Under the pieces are notes generated by a model. That model worked only from the letters and a program-made list of their open reading frames with translations. It was not told where the DNA came from and did no database searches. A stretch of DNA of 64,000 bases from Stegostoma tigrinum. Its lineage: Eukaryota. The translations under genes and the position numbers were made by a program. Positions 49,991 to 63,149 of this stretch are shown piece after piece. Position 1 is the stretch's first letter. Every line of letters starts with the position of its first letter. The stretch is taken from NCBI RefSeq assembly GCF_030684315.1, contig NC_081361.1, positions 17,473,861 through 17,537,860 of the forward strand, written 5' to 3'.

Positions 49991-51734
49991 CATGGTATGC
50001 ATGGGTTTCTAAAGGACTTTTGATGTGCATGCCTCATAATAGTCTTGCCAGCACACATGAAGCACTTGTAATATTACAGACAGTGGCAACATGAGTGAAA
50101 TTGACTGACTGACAGGAAACTAGGTGGAATACAGGTGCCTTTTGTTTGGAGTAAGTTATAGAGTGGTGTTCTGCAGGGATTGGTGCTGGGACCGTTACTT
50201 TCTTTGATACAGGTATAGAACCTCAAATCTGGGGCTGAAGCCATGCCAGATTTTGGAATTTCTTTAGATTTTGGTTAAGCCAGGACAGGTATAATCAAGC
50301 AATGTGGATATAGAGCATTATGCCAAACAGAAAAGCTGGTAAAACATCCTGCACCATACCACTTCAATGCAATGTCTTTCTGGATTGCACACCCAAGTTT
50401 TTTTTTAATTTTAATAAAAGTTGATGCAAAAAGTGCTAAGTTTTTAAACAGCTCTGGGGTTTTTTATGGTAATTGGCTTGTAGATACCAATGACTCAACG
50501 TGGAAGGTAAAGCCGTAATTTCCAAACCTGCAGATAATAGGAAACTTTAAAGGTCAGTGAATTGTGAGAAAGTGAAAAACTTGAAAAGGACACACACAGG
50601 CTAGTGGAATACGGTGACAGATGACGTGTAACAAAGAAGTGCAAGATTTGATCAGGGAGTGTTGAGTTACAAATGGTTTATTGAGAAATAACAGCTCAAA
50701 CACAGAATAGGCATATGATCAGTAACAGGGGAGAACAGTGTCCCTAATTAGACTAATGAATGACGGAGCAACATAGTTTGATATTCCAGTCTGCCATGAT
50801 GGTTCTTTTTCTTCCTTTGTCTTTCAGGGTACATTGGGTTTGAAGCATCACCTCATATTCTCAAATTCTCTTTTCCAGCATTTATTTATGTGCTTTATTT
50901 TAGATGCTAGTGGATACTTCACAAACCTCATTTATTTAGTTGCCTTTCCCCCATTGAACTAATGCTTTCGTTGTACAGAGCCTTCGTCAGATTCCTCCTG
51001 GAGATCTGCATTCCATTTAGAGGTGCACAGTACTATGTCTGGCCTGCTCAGTTCCTACAAACAAGTGCACAGTGTGATCTGTCGCTCTGATTTCCACCAT
51101 CCTGCCAATTGTGTGAATTGAGCCTGCTATTAATATTGGATTGGCTATTAATATACTCCATTAGCCTAGAGTGTGTGGAATGTGTAAGTTAATAATAGGA
51201 TAGTTAAGGGTCTTGTGGTGTGGCGGTAGTGACACTACCCTGAGTTAGGACGCCTGGATAGATGTGTGAAATAGCCTCTCTGAACATGTTGATCAACGTA
51301 AATAATAGAATGGTTATTGGCAAAAAGTTCAATTGATGATCGACATGTTCTCAATTTTGTTCAGCCCTCTTGGAATTTTTTTACTTGTGTTGCACAGTGC
51401 AGTAAATAGTCCAATGTAAATATCTTGGTTTAAAGTAGCAGCTTAACTTGGAGTTGGATCAGTAACCATTCAATGGTCATTCGCTTGTCCTCTGAATTTC
51501 AAAATATATCAATTGGACACCTGTAAGTTTGACTGATCTTCCCCTGTCAGGATTCCAAATGATTCTACCAATGTTGGATGCAGTGATGAACATTTCCCAA
51601 TACATAGGGCACATACATGTCTAAATGCCAATAACAGATGGAAAGAGCAGCTGCTATTAATAAGCCTGTGTAATGAGCAAAGGCTGTGCTTTCCCCATTG
51701 GACCCATTTTAACAAAATGCCTCACTCTGAATGA

Positions 51735-52200
51735 GCTAAAACACTTGCCTCTGAGTCAGCAGATTATTGATTGAAGTCCTACTCCAGTATTTTGAGCGCA
51801 ACGTTCAAGCTGACATTTGCATGCAATATAGAAGGAGCATGGTTCAAATGCCACCTTAGAGATAAGACATTAAGCCAAAACCAAGTGAATACCAATTTCA
51901 AAGAAGAGCCAGTATTTATCCCTCAAACAACAGATTGCCTGGTTGCTAACAGTGTTTGTGGGGCTTTGCTCTCTACAAATTGGCAGCCAAATTTCCTGTA
52001 GTAGAGGAATAACTTAACTTTGAACGCTGTGCAGAAGTGTTCAAATGTTATTGTTTATTAGCTGTAAAGCTTTTCGAGATGTCCATCGGACATCTACTGA
52101 AGGAGAACATAGGCTCATTAAAAACACTGTGCAAAAAAAACAAATCTTCTTATGTGTCCTAAAGTCATGAAAAACCCTATAAATACAAGCCTTTTTTTCT
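51735..52200 (+). mobile_element. Ancient SINE remnant (possibly DeuSINE-type)
   Basis: ctctgagtcag...gaagtcctactccag...aagctgaca head resembles old shark SINEs. Heavily decayed. Confidence 0.4.
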
Positions 52201-52897
52201 AGTGAATATTATTATTAGTATTGTGTTTTATTAATGTTGACCTGTTAAAACAAGGGCAGTGTTAGCTTTGGAAATCTTTTGATGTGTGACCTGCCTTGCT
52301 GTGTAAATTTGCTAACTGCTTAGTTTAATTTTCAGAGACTGATATTACTGAAACACTGTCAATATTATGGAAAAAATAAAATCGTACATGGACTGCAGTT
52401 CAGTTTTACAAAGGCAATTTAATAAAATTTTTTATGGAATGTTGTGCTCCTTTGAACAGCAGTTAAAAGCTAAGTGCAGCAACTGATGTGGTTTCAGATC
52501 TTTACCACCTTTTATTAAGCTTGGAACAATAAGTTTGATTTGCATTAATAAAAATACAATTTGAAGTGAATGTATGTGTTCTAAATAGGATTGTTAAATT
52601 CAGGTGAGCTCAAGGGTGTGTGTCTGGATGCTCTCGGAGGATCGAAGTGAACTTGATGGGCCAACTGGCCGACTGCGACACTGTAGGGATTCTTTATCTT
52701 TAGCACCACCATCATTCTCTTCTTGCTGCCACTCTTGTCCTCAGTGTCTTACAATCTTCCTCACCTTAGGCCTTGTCTTGTCTTGCTTTGACCTCACTGA
52801 GAGTCTTACATCAGTTTGGTCTTGCTTTGAGTCTATTGTTTATGTGTTTCTGTAATTGAGGTCGAAGAGATGAAAACGAACAACTAACATCTACTAC

Positions 52898-53080
52898 AAG
52901 GTGTAGAGCTGGATGAACACAGCAAGCCAAGCAGCATCAGAAGAGCAGAAAGGCTGACATTTCAGGCCTAGACCCAAATGTCAGCCTTCCTGCTCCTCTG
53001 ATGCTGCTTGGCCTGCTGTGTTCATCCAGCTCTACACCTTATCTCAGATTCTCCAGCATCTGCAGTTCCTACTATCTCTA
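52898..53080. mobile_element. 183-nt non-coding hairpin derivative of a Neptune-type PLE 3' end
   Basis: 65-nt arms 52898-52962 and 52976-53040, 13-nt loop, 40-nt one-sided tail. Confidence 0.85.
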
Positions 53081-53117
53081 AACTAATACCTAGTATCTAG
53101 ATAACTAATATCAGTAG

Positions 53118-53990
53118 TATTGAGGAGTTGGGGAGGCTGCAGAAGAATTTGGACAGGTTAGGAGACTGGGCAAAGAAGTGGCAGATGCAGTACAATGTTT
53201 GAAAGTGTGAGGTCATGCACTTTGGTAAGAAGAATAAAAGCATTGACTGTTTTCTAAATGGGGAGTAAATTCAGAAGTCTGAAGTGCAAAGAGACTTGGG
53301 AACTCTAGTCCAGGATTCTCTCAACTTGGTAAACTTGCAGGTTGAGTCAGTAGCCAGGAAGGTAAATGCAATGTTGGCATTTAGTTTGACAGGACTCGAA
53401 TATAAAAACAGGGATGTACCACTGAGGCTTTAAGGTTCTGGTCAGGCCACGTTTGGAGTATTGTGTACATTTTTGGGCTTCATATCTCAGGAAGGATGTA
53501 CGGGCCCTGGAGCGGGTTCAGAGGAGGTTCACGAGAATTGTATCAGGAATGGAAAACTTAACATATAAGGAATATTTGAGGACTCTAGGATATACTCATT
53601 GGAGTTTAGAAGGATGAGGGGGGATCTATTTGAAACTTACAGAATACTGAATGGCCTGGACAAAGTGAATGTTGGGAAGATGTTTCCGTTGGTAGGAGAG
53701 ACTAGGTCCTGAGGGCATAGCCTTAGAGTAAAGGGAAGAACGGAGATAAGGAGAAACTTCTTCAGCCAGAGAGTGGTGAATCTATGGGTTCCACTGCCAC
53801 AGAATGCTGTAGGGGCCAGGTCATTGAGTGCATGTAAGACTGACATAGACAGGTTCTTGATTATCAAGGGGATCAAGGGTTACCAGGATGAAAGCGGGAG
53901 AATGGGGTTGAAGAACTTAGCAGCCATGATTGAACAGCGGAGCAGACTCAATGGACCAAATGGCTTAATTTCTGCTCCTATGTCTTAGGT
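53118..53990 (+). mobile_element. CR1 LINE 3' fragment
   Basis: LQKNLDRLGDWAKKWQMQYNV.KCEVMHFG...RNFFSQRVVNLW. Confidence 0.88.
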
Positions 53991-54439
53991 TCGTGATGCA
54001 AGACCATATCTAATATACATATACAAATCTGGCAATAAAACAGGTCAACAAAGTTCATGTTAGATAAATTATTACAAATTATAAGGAAAGTGGGTGCAAA
54101 ACCATTTTTAAAAAAAGTTTTAAATGGATCTTGGGAGACAAAATGAGGCCCTTTTTGTGGTCTCAGTCTGAGAGGCAGCATAACAGACACAAAGCAAGTT
54201 CATAGATTACAAATAAGAATGATGTAGTAGGTTGGTGAACATTTCATGTTTTGCATCCTGATTAGCTGCTGTGACTTTTTCTCTTTGAGGGTCAAGAGTA
54301 CTTACTAAGCACTGGCAAAGATTGACCAATACCTTAAGGAATACTTAAGCAAGTTCAGATGCGACAAAGTAATGTGAAGAATAAACAGGAGAGATACAGG
54401 TCATTCAACCCAAATGATTCATGACACTCTTTTTGTATA

Positions 54440-54830
54440 TTTTCTTTATTCTTTCACGGGATGTAGACAAGCACTAGTGATATATTAATTGTGTAGATGG
54501 TATTTGTCACCATCCCTTATTGCGCTTGAACTGAATAGCTTGCTCGGCATTTCAGAGAGCGTTTTAAGTCAGTCACGTTGCTGGAATCACAATTAGACCA
54601 GACCAAGTCAGGCCAACAGATTTTCTTCCCTGAGGGATGATAATGAACCAAACAGGCTTTTATTCATGACCACCATTATGAGACTAGCTTTATATTTCAA
54701 GTTTTTACTAATTAAATTTGAATTTCACTAGCTGCTGAGGTTGGATTTACACCCGTGGCCCCAGATCATTAACCTTGGCCTCTGCATTCTAGTCCAATCA
54801 TATTGCCACTGCAAAGCCATGTTCCCCAGC
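54440..54830 (-). mobile_element. tRNA-headed SINE
   Basis: Colinear with 21762-22095. Confidence 0.65.
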
Positions 54831-55568
54831 ACAGTGGAGATGTCTTAAAAAGGAAAAATCATTCCACATCTCTCCTCTATCTGTAACAGTACTTACAGAC
54901 CAGTACTGAACAGAGTGTTTACTAATTTTTTTTAACCACTATTTCCCCTTTCTCATTCAGGGTGCATTAGCTTAGCAACAAAAACAGAAGTAGCTAGAAA
55001 AACTCAGCAGGGCTGGCACCATCCATGGAGAAAAATCAGAGTTAACATTTCGGGTCTGGTGACAGACATTAGATTAGGATTCTGTACCTATAATGGTTTG
55101 TACTGAAATTACCTCTTCCCTGAATTCTGTCATTGCTCAGTTACTTGTTAACCCAGCAGGTGCTTTTTCCAATATACCCCTGGTCGGGACCACTCTTAAA
55201 TGATTAAAATTAGTTCTTTCTGAGGTGAGCATTTTATGTTTGAAATTTTCTGATCTCTTTCCACAAGTAGTCTAAACTGAATTTTGTTGTGCTCACTGAT
55301 AGCTAAATGATGTCTAACTGTTAAATTCTCCATTTTAATCTCATCTCACAGAGTTTAAACTGTTTCTTTCCTTTTTGAACTAAAAGTATATTAATTGAGA
55401 AAATTCTGCCTTTCATGTGTAAACGTTCTTCTTTCCTAACCATGACATTGTTTTTCCCAATCTATGCTAGGGGAGTTAATGTCTTCTCTGAACTTTGCTT
55501 CTCACAGTTTGGAACACTTTTAAGCAAGCTTCAATGTTCCAAAACTGAAATCAGATAGATTCAGGCTT

Positions 55569-56942
55569 AGATAATAAAGTGTGAAGCTGGATGAACACAG
55601 CAGGCCAAGCAGCATCTCAGGAGCACAAAAGCTGACGTTTCGGGCCTAGACTCTTCATCAGAGGGGGATGGGGTGAGGGTTCTGGAATAAATAGGGAGAG
55701 AGGGGGAGGTGGTCTGAAGATGGAGAGAAAAGAAGATAGGTGGAGAGGACAGTATAGGTGGGGAGGTAGGGAGGGGATAGGTCAGTCCAGGGAAGATGGA
55801 CAGGTCAAGGAAATGGAGGTGTGGCTTGGGGTGGGATGAAGGGATGGGTGAGAGGAAGAACAGGTTAGGGAGGCAGAGACAGGCTGGACTGGTTTTGGGA
55901 TGCAGTGGGGGGAGGGGAAGAGCTGGGCTGGTTTTGGGATGCGGTGGGGGAAGGGGAGATCCGACCCCACCACCCAAGACATTTTTCCATCCCCGCACTT
56001 GTCTCCTTTCCGGTGAGACCACTCTCTCCGTGACTCCCTTGTTCACTCCACACTGCCGTCCAACCCCACCACACCTGGCACCTTCCCCTGCAACCGCAGG
56101 AAATGCTACACTTGCCCCCACACCACCTCCCTCACCCCTATCCCAGGCCCCAAGTTGACTTTCCATATCAAGCAGAGGTTCATCTGCACATCTGCCAATG
56201 TGATATACTGTATCCATTGTACCCGGTGTGGCTTCCTCTACGTTGGGGAAACCAAGCGGAGGCTTGGGGACCGCTTTGCAGAACACCTCCACTTGGTTCG
56301 CAATAAACAACTGCACCTCCCAGTCGCGAACCATTTCAACTCCCCCTCCCATTCTTTAGATGACATGTCCATCATGGGCCTCCTGCAGTGCCACAATGAT
56401 GCCACCCGAAGGTTGCAGGAACAGCAACTCATATTCCGCTTGGGAACCCTGCAGCCCAATGGTATCAATGTGGACTTCACCAGCTTCAAAATCTCCCCTT
56501 CCCCCACCGCATTCCAAAACCAGCCCAGCTCTTCCCCTCCCCCCACTGCATCCCAAAACCAGCCCAGCCTGTCTCTGCCTCCCTAACCTGTTCTTCTCTC
56601 ACCCATCCCTTCATCCCACCCCAAGCCGCACCTCCATTTCCTGCCTACTAACCTCATCCCACCTCTTTGACCTGTCCGTCTTCCCTGGACTGACCTATCC
56701 CCTCCCTACCTCCCCACCTATACTCTCCTCTCCACCTACCTTCTTTTCTCTCCATCTTCGGTCCGCCTCCCCCTCTCTCCCTATTTATTCCAGAACCCTC
56801 ACCTCATCCCCCTCTCTGATGAAGGGTCTAGGCCCAAAACGTCAGCTTTTGTGCTCTTGAGATGCTGCTTGGCCTGCTGTGTTCATCCAGCTTCACACTT
56901 CATTATCTTGGATTCTCCAGCATCTGCAGTTCCCATTATCAC
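55569..56942. mobile_element. Neptune-type PLE fold-back insertion with a 14-nt target-site repeat (one mismatch)
   Basis: Plus arm is open 56017-56586, with the Cys-rich linker PCNRRKCYTC followed by GIY-YIG (NVIYCIHCTRCGFLYVGET). agattcaggcttag at 55557-55570 and agattcagtcttag at 56943-56956. Hammerhead motifs at about 55631-55662 (-) and 56816-56845 (+, GAAA mutated to AAAA). Confidence 0.93.
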
Positions 56943-57009
56943 AGATTCAGTCTTAGGATTGTTTAGCTAATCCTTTCCATTTAGAACCATTACAACATCC
57001 TTAATGCTG

Positions 57010-57430
57010 TCATAGAATCACAGAAGAAGCCCTTTGGTCCATCATCTCTCCCATCAATGCTAGACTAATTGTACATTAGTTTCACTTTCCAGCATTTGGC
57101 CCATTGCCTTGAGTGTTATGACATTTTAAAGTGCTCATCAAAGTGCTTTTTTGAAAGTTCTGAGGTTTCTTGCCTGTAATGTAATGAACACAGCCACATT
57201 AGGGGCATTTAAACAGTCCTTGGATAAGCATATGGATGGTGATGGGATAGTGTAGGGGAGGGGCTTAGATTGGTTCACAGGTCGGCGCAACATAGAGGGC
57301 CGAAGGGCTTGTTCTGCGCTGTATTGTTCTATGTTCTATGTTCTATGTTCTACTACCTTCCCAGGTAGTGCATTCCAAACTCCCACCACCGTCTGCATGA
57401 AAATAATTTTTTCCTTAACTTCCATCCTAA
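57010..57430. mobile_element. Minus-strand CR1 3' end containing a younger plus-strand CR1 tail (about 57185-57350) ending in (ATGTTCT)n
   Basis: cgcaacatagagggccgaagggcttgttctgcgctgtattgttct followed by (atgttct)3. Confidence 0.65.
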
Positions 57431-57929
57431 ACTCTCTGCCTTTTACTTTTCAAGGTTTAAGTCATGGTTGGTGTTCATTCTTCATTCTTTTATATTTGGT
57501 AACCAAGAATATTAAGACTTCAGCCTTGCTTGAGCCAAGTCTCTGTTAAGGCAACACCACCATAATGCCATGTAGTAATCTGTTCCTAGAGCTTGCCAAT
57601 TTTATTTGTCACATTAAAGATATTGGTATACATATAAGTAGCTGGTTTCCTCAGTCTGGTCCCTGCCATTTTTGCTGATTTTACTGTTGCTTATGCATCT
57701 GTTCTCAGACCACATTTCTGCTATTTTCAGATTCCGCTCATCTAGGCAAATTTGTTTAACCCTTGCCCAACAATACTAGTTAATCCGTTAGTCAGGTAAT
57801 TGTTCCTGACTTATTCAAATTTGTACAGTCCCCAATATCCCAAGAATCATAATCCTTTCCTTCTGTATCACTTCTCCAGCTTCTGCACTATTTTCCTGTT
57901 TCCATACTCATTGGTGTACGGTAATAGGA

Positions 57930-58128
57930 ACAGGTGTGTCTGCTATAATGAGTGTTCCATTAATGCAAATTGACTAACAATTAATGAATAGTAGATGCTG
58001 TTTGGATAACATAAACTTGCTGCTGCACAGGTATAGCATTTTCCCTATCATATGAATTTCTATGGCAATTTTCTGTAGTGCAAGGTCACACAAGAATGCA
58101 ACTATCGCATTATAGGAGAACTATCCAT
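57930..58128. mobile_element. Possible Tc1/mariner (Tigger-like) MITE
   Basis: Imperfect terminal inverted repeats caggtgtgtctgctataatg and cattataggagaactatcc. Confidence 0.4.
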
Positions 58129-60489
58129 GAGCTTATTTATTTTCCTTTTGAGTTTTTTTTTATTAGAATCTTAGCTAGTGTAAGAATTGCATAATTTTAA
58201 CTCTTTTTTTTTCAAAAATATCATTTTCATGACTTTAGTTGTCTTGCTTTCTTCTTAAGGTATTGTAAATAATTCTTAAAGGTAGAACTTTTTAACTAAC
58301 ATAATGGTGGAAATATCTCAAGTTAATTAATAAATGATCGAACATTTCATAGAATTTTTGACAAAAATAATAAACACCTGATGCCATGTTCAACTTGTAT
58401 CTCATTTGTGTAGTTTTGTCCCTCCATTCCACTACTAAATATTTTCAGATGTGTTATCTTCCCATTAATGTCCCACATGGCTAACACTCAGTCTATGCAT
58501 CTATACAATAAGGTCAGAGGTGCGGAGGTAGAGCTTTTGCTTATAACTGTTCTGACATTATGTTGCGTAGAAATCTGCTCTATTTACCAGATTCTTCTGT
58601 GTGTCGATGTTAATAATAAATAATTTAATTATTGCTGGATCCAGTAATGTTATAGATTAATAATTTGGTATGGTGTGTGTGACCACCAGGTGGCAGATTC
58701 CCCTTACTGTCTACATTCCCAAGGTATGCTGGCTGTTTTCAATGGTGGTTAGACAGGAAAAATGCCTGGTGCATAGAATTTACTGCAGAACAGGCCACCC
58801 AGCCCAATTCTTCGATGCCAGTCAGTTTTCCTTCATTCTATTTCATTGCATCTATCATGACAATCTTCTGTTCCATTTTTTTCCATGCTTATCCAGCTTC
58901 CAATTAAATGCATCCATGTTATTTGGCCGATGTAGTATATTGGGATATGTTTGCTGCATTGTGCGATTTAAAGCAAATGTTTTTAAATTTTTGAGTTTTT
59001 TTCTCAACTCTTGCTGTTATAATGAAACCTGCTTAACAATTACCCCATTCCCGTAGACACACACACATGCATGTACACTGATGTTGGACTCTGCAGTGAA
59101 TTAAATAGTTCAGTGGCAGCAGTTTAAATATACCTTTGATGTATGCCATTATCAAGCCGTAAAGCCAGAAGCAACTAATTGATGAATGTGTTTGGATGCC
59201 TCACTTGAGCTTTTTTTTCCATTGAAAGTCCTGATATTTCCATAGAAGGTTCTGCCTCATTAACACAGAAGTGTAGTTGGTAAATGAGCTGCCCAGTTTG
59301 CTACTGAGTCACGTAGAGCAGCTTCATCTGTTGTATTGGTTGATCTCAGCTGGAACAATACATTTCGCCTCGGTGTCACTACACCAGGGAAGGGAAAAAT
59401 CGACTGGGGTCTCACTCCACCCATATTTCTGAAGCTGTTTGTACAAAACATTAAGTGAGAACAAGTCCTGGCTGAAAAGATTACTATCCCAGGAATAATC
59501 AGTGTGCATATTTTCAAAGCACTCATTGCTCTTAATTTAATGTTATATATTGCCATGTGCAATTAACTCATATATGTGGCATGGTCGTTAGCCACAGTTT
59601 CATAATTGGGGTTCACACTTCTGCACAGAGGTGAAGAGAATATATTTTTCTCTGAGATTTGTGCAACTTTTAAATTTTCAGTTGCATGCAAACTTAGAAA
59701 ATCAAACGTAAACAAGACATCCTTGTACATGAAAGTAAGTAGCTTCTAGTAACTGTAATTGAAATATATTGTGGGCCTGACTGATGCTCATAAAGTAGCT
59801 GTAAATAGAATTCTTAGCATCACTTTTACCAACTAAACAAAAGCATGGAGCACAAGTTTCCCAGTGAACTCTCCATTACAATGCAATGACCAATTAAAGC
59901 AAACTTACCAATCAATCAGTACCTATCTCTCATGACTCATATTGCTGCTTTCCTTGACAATTTGTATTGTTGCTTCTGTCCTGAGAATTCAGCATGAAAA
60001 TAAACTTTTAATCATGTATCTCTTTCAGAGATATTCAAGTTCTGTACTACAAAGTCAATATTATAAATTTAAGATTCTTCTACATCAGATCTGATTCTGG
60101 GGAAGCTGCCATTGCATGGTGCTCTCACGTGTACAGTACTGTAGAAGCAAAACTATTAATTACATTGGAAAATCTTACCCTGGCACCCCTTGCAGGCACA
60201 TCGAGCACTGCAGGTATCCCTGACTCGTTTAAAATGAACTCTGACCACAGAAGAGGTAAGAATTTACCATGTGTTTTGGTATTATGACCTGCTCATTTTT
60301 AACCATTAACAATAATTTTACATCTAGTTTTCCAAATGACTTCTCAGTTAAAATATTTATCTACATATGTCCAAGTGCAACATCATTGTTCAATTTTGCA
60401 AATTTGTTCTTTGACAATCAGAATTTTACACCAAGCTGCTCTCAAAGTTCCAAATTTTTCTCTGAGCCCAAAATTCCTGTTGATGCATG

Positions 60490-63130
60490 GACTCATCTAA
60501 AACAGACAAAGTCCTTCAGCCAGCCCACTAAGTCTGCACCAACATAACTAACACTAAAGATGTGCAAATCCCAATTTCCTGCACTTGTACCATATCTTTG
60601 AATGTTATGATATTTGAAGTACTCATCCAATTCCTTTTTAAGAGGTTGTAAGATTTCTAGCCTCCACTACCTTCCCAAGCAGTGCACTCCACGTTCCCAC
60701 CACCCAGTAAGTGAAAACGTTTTTTTCCAAATCCCCTCACTTTACCCCTTACTTTAAAACTATGCCCTCTCATAATTGACCTCTCACCCAAGACAAACAG
60801 CTGCTGTCTATTAACACTGTCCACATCCCTCATATACACCTCCATCAGGGGCCCCCATCATTCCTCTCTGCCCTATAGAAAACAATCCAAACCTATCTAG
60901 TCTGTCCTAATGGCTCAATTTCTGTATCCCAGGCAACATCCTGGTGAAGTTCCTTTGTATCCCATCCAGTGCTATCACATCCTTCCTGTACTGATGTGAA
61001 CTGAACTACACATAGTACTCCAGTTGCAGCGTTACCAATACTCTGTACAACTCCAACATTACCTCCTTGCTCTGTACCATGACTGATTAAAGCAAGTGTG
61101 CCAAATGCTGCCTTAACTATTCTGTTCACGTGCTCTGCCACCTTCAGGCATCTGAGAACAATTATTCCAAAATCCCTCTGTTCCTCTCAGCTACCCAGTG
61201 TCCTAGCATTTGTTAAATACTCCCTCATTTTGTTTCTTCTTCCAAAGAGCATCACATCACACTTAATAGGGGTAAGTACCCTCTGCCACTAGTCTGCCCA
61301 TCTGATGAACCCATCTATATCTTACTGTAACCTATAACCATCTTCTTCACTATTATCCTTTCTCCCAGTCTTGTGTTGTCTACGAATTTGCTTGACACAC
61401 ACCCCGACATTTTCACCTGTATCATTTATGTATATAACAAACAATAATGATCCCAGCACTGACCTTTGTGATAGACCACTGGACACTGGCCTCCAATCAC
61501 TCAAATAGCCTTCTACTACCATCCTTTGTGCCCTGTTCCTCAGCCAGTTTCTGATTCATCTTGCCAAGTTTCCCTCAATTCCATGTTCTTTAACCTTCTC
61601 AATCAGTCTCCCCGTGGGACCTTGTCAAAGGCTTTGCTAGAGACCATATAACCTATATCAACTGAAACTTGCCTCTTCCTCACACTTGATCACATTTCCA
61701 AAAAATTCTAACAAATTTGTTCAGAATTACCTCCCTCTGACAGAGGCATGTTGACGATCTCTAATTAATCTATGCCTTTCCAAGTGAGTATGAATTCACT
61801 CCTTCATAGAAATATAGAAACAAAGAAAATAGGTGCAGGAGGAGGCAATTCAGCCCCAGTGCTATGTCCACTTGACTTTTGAATGTGTTCAATGTTTCCC
61901 AATAGTTTCCCTGTCACTGACGTGAGAATCACCAGCCTGTAATTTCCTGATTCATTTCTATCATCCCTCTTAAAAAGTGGAACCACATTAGCCATCGTCC
62001 AGTCCTCTGGCACTTGCCCTGTGGCCGGAGAGGAATTATACATTTGTGACAAAGCCCGAGCAATTTCCTGGCTCAACTCCCATAGCAGCCTGCAATGCAA
62101 TTCATCCAGGCCAAAGGATTTTTCCATTTTTAGCCCAACAGAACTTCCAATACCTCCCTCTTTCCTATGTCCAAAGTATGCAAGTTCCTCAAGGTCCTTT
62201 TTCCTAAATTCACTACCTACATTCTCCTCTGAAGACGAGTATTCCTTCAACATCCTTCCAATAACCTGCAGCTTCTCGCTCAGGTTGCTCCCTTGGTCCC
62301 AAATGGGCCCAACTCCTTCCCTGATTAATCTCTTCCCTTTAATGTATTTATAAAATACCTTGGGGTTCTCCCTTATCCTGCTTCATAAATCTGTTTACGT
62401 GTCCCCTTTTTTTGGTCACCTGTTTGCTTTCTTAAGTTCCATCCTGCACTTCCTGAATTTCTCCTTATGGACTTGCTAAAAGCCCTGCCGTTCTCCTTTA
62501 TCCAGTCCTGAATTGTCCTAGACATCCAGAGTTCTCTGAACTTATTGCTTCTACGCTTCCCTGTGAAGGGTACATGTTGGACCTGTACTCTCCTCAGCTC
62601 CTTTTTTGAATGCCCCTATCGTTCTGCTGTAGATTTACCCACAAGGAGCTGTTCCCAGTCTACTGTGGCCATATCCTGCTTTATTTTAATAAAATTTGCC
62701 TTCCCCCAATCCAAAGCTGTCTTTTGCAGGCCATCGTTTTCCTTGACCAGAACAAATTGGAAATGTACCATGATACGGTTGCTAACGCCTAATTGATCCC
62801 CTACTGCCACATCGAACACTTGTCCAGCTTCTTTTCCAGAACCAGATCCAGCACATCCCTTGTTGAGCCTTCTACATATTGATACAAAAAATTCCCATCA
62901 ATATATTTCAAGAAATCCACCCCCTCTAAACATAACAATATGACTATCTCAAATTATGTTAGGAATGTTGATAACCCAAGTAGCACTACTTGCTTATTAC
63001 TCTTACACACTTCTGAACTATCTACATATTCGCTGCTCTATTTCTTGCTGACTCTTTGACCATTGTACATTCCTAGTAAAGTAGCTGTCCCCTTAACATC
63101 CCTAAGTCCTACCTCCAAAGTCTCATTTGA
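60490..63130 (-). mobile_element. Long degenerate CR1 LINE
   Basis: QVPEDWTMANVVPLFK..RNESGNYRLVILTSVTGKLL and SDWRPVSSGLSQRSVLGSLLFVIYIND. Confidence 0.88.
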
Positions 63131-63149
63131 TGACCCTTCCAAATTCATC

